Positions 38,070 through 41,947 of a stretch of DNA of 41,947 nt are shown here, piece by piece. The notes beneath the pieces were generated by a model that did no database searches, was not told the origin of the DNA, and saw only the letters and a program-made list of their open reading frames with translations. Positions within the stretch are counted from its first letter, which is position 1; each line of letters begins with the position of its first letter. Location: the NCBI RefSeq assembly GCF_001194135.2, contig NC_068997.1:56076237-56118183 (forward strand), given 5' to 3'. Source of the stretch: Octopus bimaculoides (Eukaryota). A program made the translations under genes and the position numbers.

Positions 38070-38470
38070 TCTTTTACTTCTTTCACTCATTAGACTGGCT
38101 AAGCTGGGGCAGCACTGTCTCAAAGAATTATTTTAGTGGAACGAATTGAGCCCAGTACTTGTCTTTTATAAGCCTGGCTCTTAATCTATCAGTTTCTTTT
38201 GCCATTAACTTACAGGTACATAAATACAACACCAACACCAGTTGTCAAACAATGGTGGGAGACAAACACAGACACAAAGGCAAACACACACCCACACATA
38301 CACATATATGCAACAGGCTTCTTTCGCTTTCCATTAACCAAATTTGTGTACAAAGCTTTGGTTGACCTGAGGCTACAGTAGAAGCTACGTGCCTAAGGTG
38401 CCACACGGTGGGACTGAACCCAGAACCATGTGGTTGGGAAGCAACCTTTTTACCTCACAGCCATGCCTGC
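38070..38470 (-). mobile_element. Near full-length SINE family A copy, inverted
   Basis: 3' module (gctggggcagcactg...cccagtactt...ggtgggagacaaacacagac), (CA)n, then caaagctttggttgacctgaggctacagtagaag...gcctaaggtgccac...gggactgaacccagaaccatgtggttgggaagc...cagccatgcc. Confidence 0.9.
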
Positions 38471-39773
38471 TGAAAGTGTTAATTTCTTTTTATATTTATA
38501 AAGTGGGTTGTTTCTAGAATTGCAGAGACTCATTGAGCACCTTTTGGCTTAACTGAAGGGGGGGGGGGGCAGTGTTTGTTGCTGGTGTTTGTTGCTGATT
38601 GTAAGTCTACTTTAATAGGTCAGACAAAAACAGCAACGAGAACCACAACAACAACATGAAAAATTGATACCAGTAATATATGAGTATCAACTGCATTTGC
38701 AAACAGTACCAAGACCCAAAAGAACGTTACCTTTGCTAAAGAAACGATTTGAATAATTCTACATTTAATTTTTGTTGCTTCTTATTAAATTTTATTTTTG
38801 TAACTTTCACATATCAAATTTATATTTTTTCTTTCTTCAAAAAATAAAAGAAACAAAACAAACCAAATTTGGTAAATTTCATCTCGAAGTAGTTTGCCGC
38901 TAAATCTTTACAAATTAGGAATGGTAAATGTAATGATTAAGTAGCAGCCTATAATATCTGTGAATATAATCTCGAAACTTTAGACACCAATTACTTTCAG
39001 AGTGTTAACAATATATTCCTTGTTTCTTTTTGTCGTTTTCATTAGTGAAAAAAGAAAGAAAATAACAAGAAATATGAGATACCACTTTTACACAGACCAT
39101 TCCTCTTTGTAATTCACTACGCATTACCATTTTCATTTATTTATTTCTTATTTTTATGTTGTTTTTACATTTTTAACATTACAACAATGGTAGAATGATA
39201 AAAACAAAACACACACACCAAAAAAAAAAAAAAGGAAAAATTACTTGTTATATGTTTAAAATATCTGAAATTATGTACTGTAAAATTATATAAAAAATAT
39301 TAAAAAATGAAAAATATATTATTGTAATATTCCAGACTTGTAATGCATATGTGAAATATAGGGAAGATATAAAAATGAATTTTCTACATATAAAATTTCT
39401 GAAGGCCTTCTTTACTATTTATTTATTAATTTGTTTTATTTATTCATATATCATCATCATCAATAGCACCACCACACCATCATCATCATCATCATCGTCA
39501 TCATCATCAGTATTATTATTATTATTATTATTGCAGCATTTAAGATATCAATGTCTTTTGGTTGTGGTTTGACATTTCAATTGGAAACTATCCATTACTG
39601 GAAATAGTCTAGCTGGGTTTTTAATATCATCTAAGAAAAAAAAAATGTTGTTGTTGTTGTTGTTGTTATATATATATTACTAAGAAGGAGCATGTTTCTA
39701 TCTCCATATCTCCATATCTACATATATACATATATATACATATATATACATATATATACATATATACATATAC

Positions 39774-39852
<79 letters not shown>

Positions 39853-40308
39853 CATTCATTATATATATATGTATATATATAGAATAGTGGTACAACAATG
39901 CACCAATATTTATAAATACGGCAGCGTGAATGTGTGCGTGTGTGCTGCATGTATTAGATTGTCTTGTATACATGGTTATTTTTTTTTTGCTTCAAAATAT
40001 ACCAAATAAAACCTTATCTCTTATTATATTACAAGCAAATATATTCGTGAAACTGGAGAATGTTATTAATGATACATATAAGTAATACATATCAATACAT
40101 AATACATATATAGACATGAGGTAGATATGGACATGTATGCTTCTAAATGTTTTACAAAAATATGACAGATGCAACCGTTCATTGGAATCTCGGTTTCACC
40201 CTTTTTATCTTCTTCTTCCTCTTTGTTGCAAACAAATGCAAAGATTCTTTATCTTGTGTTTATTATTTGCTTCAAATCTTGGTCTGTCTCTTTCAATCTC
40301 TCAATGTC

Positions 40309-40340
<32 letters not shown>

Positions 40341-40734
40341 ATGTATATATGCGTGTGTTTGTATGTGGAGAGAAGGAGAGACAGAGATACATATATACAC
40401 ATATACACACACAAACATATATAAATATATACACACACACACATATCACCTTCTCTGCCTTTACCCACCCCTATTGTACTTGCATTCCCCATTGTCAATA
40501 CCTTCATTCATGTTCACTATTCATTGCATTTACTTATATCCTTATCTCTAGCATCTGTCTCTTTCTCTCCTTTTACACTCTTGTCAACCTACTTTCCTTC
40601 CTACCTACAAAGCCATCCTTGATTCTCTGTCACGTTTCACTCTCTAACCACCTTCTTGTACCTTGAGGGTATGCCCTAATACTTTCCACTGTTCTTTCTC
40701 GCTATTTTCCTGGGGTAGCCAGCTATCTCTTGTA

Positions 40735-41018
40735 CAGCAAGACATCTCTTTCTGACCCATCTCTCATGCTTTAGCACCTCAGCATCTGATATAATGCCAC
40801 CTCTCTCAACTGTGCATCCCAACTTTATCAAGGGGTCTTGTTTTGAAAGTTAAATGGTGACTTCACTAGTGTTGGTGCCACAAAAATGCAGTACATTTTG
40901 TGAAATGGTTAGCAATAGGAATGGCAGCAAGCTGTAGAAACTATGTCGAAGTTGAGACTGGGGCCCAATGCAACTCTCTGCACAGAAAACATATTAAATG
41001 ATGAAGGTGATGCTGATA
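40735..41018 (+). mobile_element. Family C short element ending in an RTE-like tail
   Basis: gtgacttcactagtgttggtgccacaaaaatgcagtac...ggttagcaataggaatggcagcaagctgtagaaac...gaaaacatattaaatgatgaaggtgatgctgat. Confidence 0.7.
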
Positions 41019-41050
<32 letters not shown>

Positions 41051-41594
41051 NNNNNNNNNNNNNNNNNNNNNNNNNNNNNNNNNNNNNNNNNNNNNNNNNN
41101 NNNNNNNNNNNNNNNNNNNNNNNNNNNNNNNNNNNNNNNNNNNCTAATAACGTATATATATATGGTTTTACATAAATACATACATACACACACACACACA
41201 CACATATATATCATAAACAATTCTCCATTAAATTGAAGGACAACTCAATTCATTTGGAAGAGTACAGATTTATTGTTCTGTAATAAGGATAGTTTTGACA
41301 TTGACTTGACAACCCCTTAAAAAATATCTCTCAAAAATAGTGGTTACAATGAAAAAGTAAAATAATATACAACATCACACCCACAATGAGACAAAATATA
41401 AGAATAGACAAATGAGAATGAACTGTTTCAAACCAGCCTTCAATATAGAAGCCATCATTGCAATAACCAAACAATTTTTCAGAATACTCCAAAAACACTT
41501 CCATCCCATCACAAGTATCATAAACTTAAAATTGTCATATTATCGCACACACAACCACACAAAATTAACAAAAAATCTTACCAACCTTGTGCTA

Positions 41595-41730
41595 ACTTTG
41601 TACTATCTTTGCCTTTCATATTTTGGGGATTCATTAAATAAGTACCAGTTATGCACTGGGGTCGATTTAATAAACTTAATCCCTTTGTCAGTACTTGTTT
41701 GTCCCCTCTATGTTTAGCTCCCTGCGGGCA
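41595..41730 (+). mobile_element. 3' part of SINE family B
   Basis: ctttgcctttcatattttggggattcattaaataagtaccagttatgcactggggtcgatttaat...ttgtttgtcccctctatgtttagc, followed by a (TA)n tail. Confidence 0.75.
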
Positions 41731-41739
41731 GTAAAGAAA

Positions 41740-41774
<35 letters not shown>

Positions 41775-41781
41775 ACATGTC

Positions 41782-41947
41782 TCTTAAAGGATAGAGCTCA
41801 AAATCAATGCATTGAAGATACTTTATTGCAGCAACAATTATAATAATAACAGAAACAACCACAATAAGCCAAACCTATGCACATTTCAATAGGGTATCTT
41901 CAATAAAGTATCTTCAATGCATTGATTTTGAGCTCTATCCTTTAAGA
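41782..41947. repeat. Perfect 47-bp inverted repeat with a 72-bp spacer, ending at the last base of the window
   Basis: 41782-41828 (tcttaaaggatagagctcaaaatcaatgcattgaagatactttattg) is the exact reverse complement of 41901-41947. Confidence 0.97.

Noticed and set aside
938-41236. Long ORFs in the track (poly-YI, poly-HT/CV, poly-D/M/S/I, X-filled)
   Set aside because: They are translations of microsatellites or N-gaps and give no evidence of coding.
1-41947. CRISPR array, rRNA or bona fide tRNA genes
   Set aside because: No regularly spaced repeat-spacer array or rRNA similarity. The tRNA-like A/B boxes belong to SINE heads and lack a full cloverleaf.

Overview
AT-rich eukaryotic DNA, dense in microsatellites and broken by six N-gaps. 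The SINE and short-repeat families resemble, from memory, those of coleoid cephalopods, most likely Octopus; this is an inference, not a database match. No complete gene can be supported. Almost all long ORFs in the track are translations of microsatellites or N-gaps. Supported content: (i) several copies of at least two tRNA-headed SINE families and a short element sharing a 3' tail and (GAT)n run with an RTE-like LINE; (ii) decayed retroelement coding fragments (RTE-like RT, a CRE-like zinc-knuckle/endonuclease region, an LTR Gag remnant, possibly a Penelope-like RT); (iii) a TTAA-flanked piggyBac-type MITE; (iv) a 346-bp near-perfect palindrome; (v) a perfect 47-bp inverted repeat at the window end; (vi) a CpG-retaining block at about 24.7-29.5 kb; (vii) a few isolated exon-like segments on both strands that I cannot join into a named gene. 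I found no convincing novel multi-gene system. The best leads are the dsRNA-forming structures, the CpG-retaining block and the candidate small exons.
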